Source of the DNA: Gekko japonicus | Taxonomy: Eukaryota | Direction: 5' to 3' | NCBI RefSeq assembly: GCF_001447785.1 | Contig: NW_015167177.1 | Coordinates: 1-64,000 of the forward strand | Length of the DNA stretch: 64,000 nucleotides | Shown: positions 63,206-64,000 of the stretch, piece by piece | Position numbering within the stretch: position 1 is the stretch's first letter | Layout: the number at the start of each line of letters is the position of its first letter | The notes under the pieces: generated by a model | Told to the model about the DNA's origin: nothing | Database searches by the model: none | The model's input: the letters and a program-made list of their open reading frames with translations, nothing else | Program-made: the position numbers and the translations under genes

Positions 63206-64000
63206 TTCCGGATTGTTGGCTTTTAGAACAGCCAAATGTTTAAATTTCGGTGTACAAACTTGCAAAACATTAGCATGTGAAAGCATATTAGGATCAAAGT
63301 GATCCTAAATGTATAGTGCTGCAACAACAGCATAATTATGTATACATTTACTGGGTGACATCCTGCAATCTATAAGTGGAAGGTGCTCTCCAACTTGGGA
63401 AAGTTCATTTGCAGAGTCATGAGATCCATGTGTTCCAGTACTCTTGGATTGGAAGGCTGCTGTGAGGATGAGAAGGTGGAGAAATCACCTTCTGTCAGGA
63501 GAGCTCTGCTGCCAGTAAAGGGAGGAGAGGGGAATTTTGCTGTCATCTCCTAAATGCAGTCTCCCATCCTATGTGGCTACTAGTTCATGCTGGACTTGTG
63601 AGCACAAGACTAAACTTTTTTAGGGTCAGAAGGGACTGCTGAAGGGAGTAGAATATGAAAAAGATCCAGTCTTTGCATCTATGGAACACTGGATCACATC
63701 AATTTTCTGTATGTTCACAGCTTTTCCTTAACTCACCAAGCTTTTCTGTGTCAGCAGACCAGATACTGATCCATCTGTGGAAGCAGGTGTGTGCCCTTTC
63801 CATTACCAGGTCAAGAGGTACTGTAGTATCTTTCACAGCAATTTTGTGGTATGATTGCAACAAGGAAATCAAATCCATGCAATAACTAATTATTAATCAA
63901 GCCTCTTGTGTGGAAAGCTGACTGCCATTGTCAACCATTAGCAAGAATAGCTGGTCATTGGATGGAAATTCAGTATGTGGTAGCACTTTATATGCAAGAG

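Overview
Vertebrate genomic DNA. The repeats (Sauria-type, Squam-type and 5S-derived SINEs, BovB, CR1, L2, Penelope) point to a squamate, probably a gecko; this is an inference. Three spliced genes sit in the same order as in human. (1) The last six coding exons and ~2.6 kb 3'UTR of FAM102B/EEIG2 (+, stop at 10212-10214). (2) The complete piRNA 2'-O-methyltransferase HENMT1 (-, six coding exons, 27970 to 17563, 390 aa). (3) The complete splicing factor PRPF38B (+, six coding exons, 44681-56840, ~550 aa, with a 47-N gap in the last exon), transcribed divergently from HENMT1. Introns and intergenic DNA carry many decayed elements, often nested: Penelope-like elements (PLEs) with hammerhead ribozyme motifs, L2, CR1, BovB, SINEs, hAT- and Harbinger-type MITEs and solo-LTR-like elements. 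The best leads are a candidate poison exon / intron-retention NMD switch in PRPF38B intron 4, a PLE-derived palindrome whose apex is the hammerhead stem II, and a dense MITE cluster carrying Oct/KLF/ETS-like motifs just upstream of the HENMT1 promoter. No prokaryote-type system or CRISPR array is present. Gene and repeat-family identities come from recalled sequence, not from a database search.
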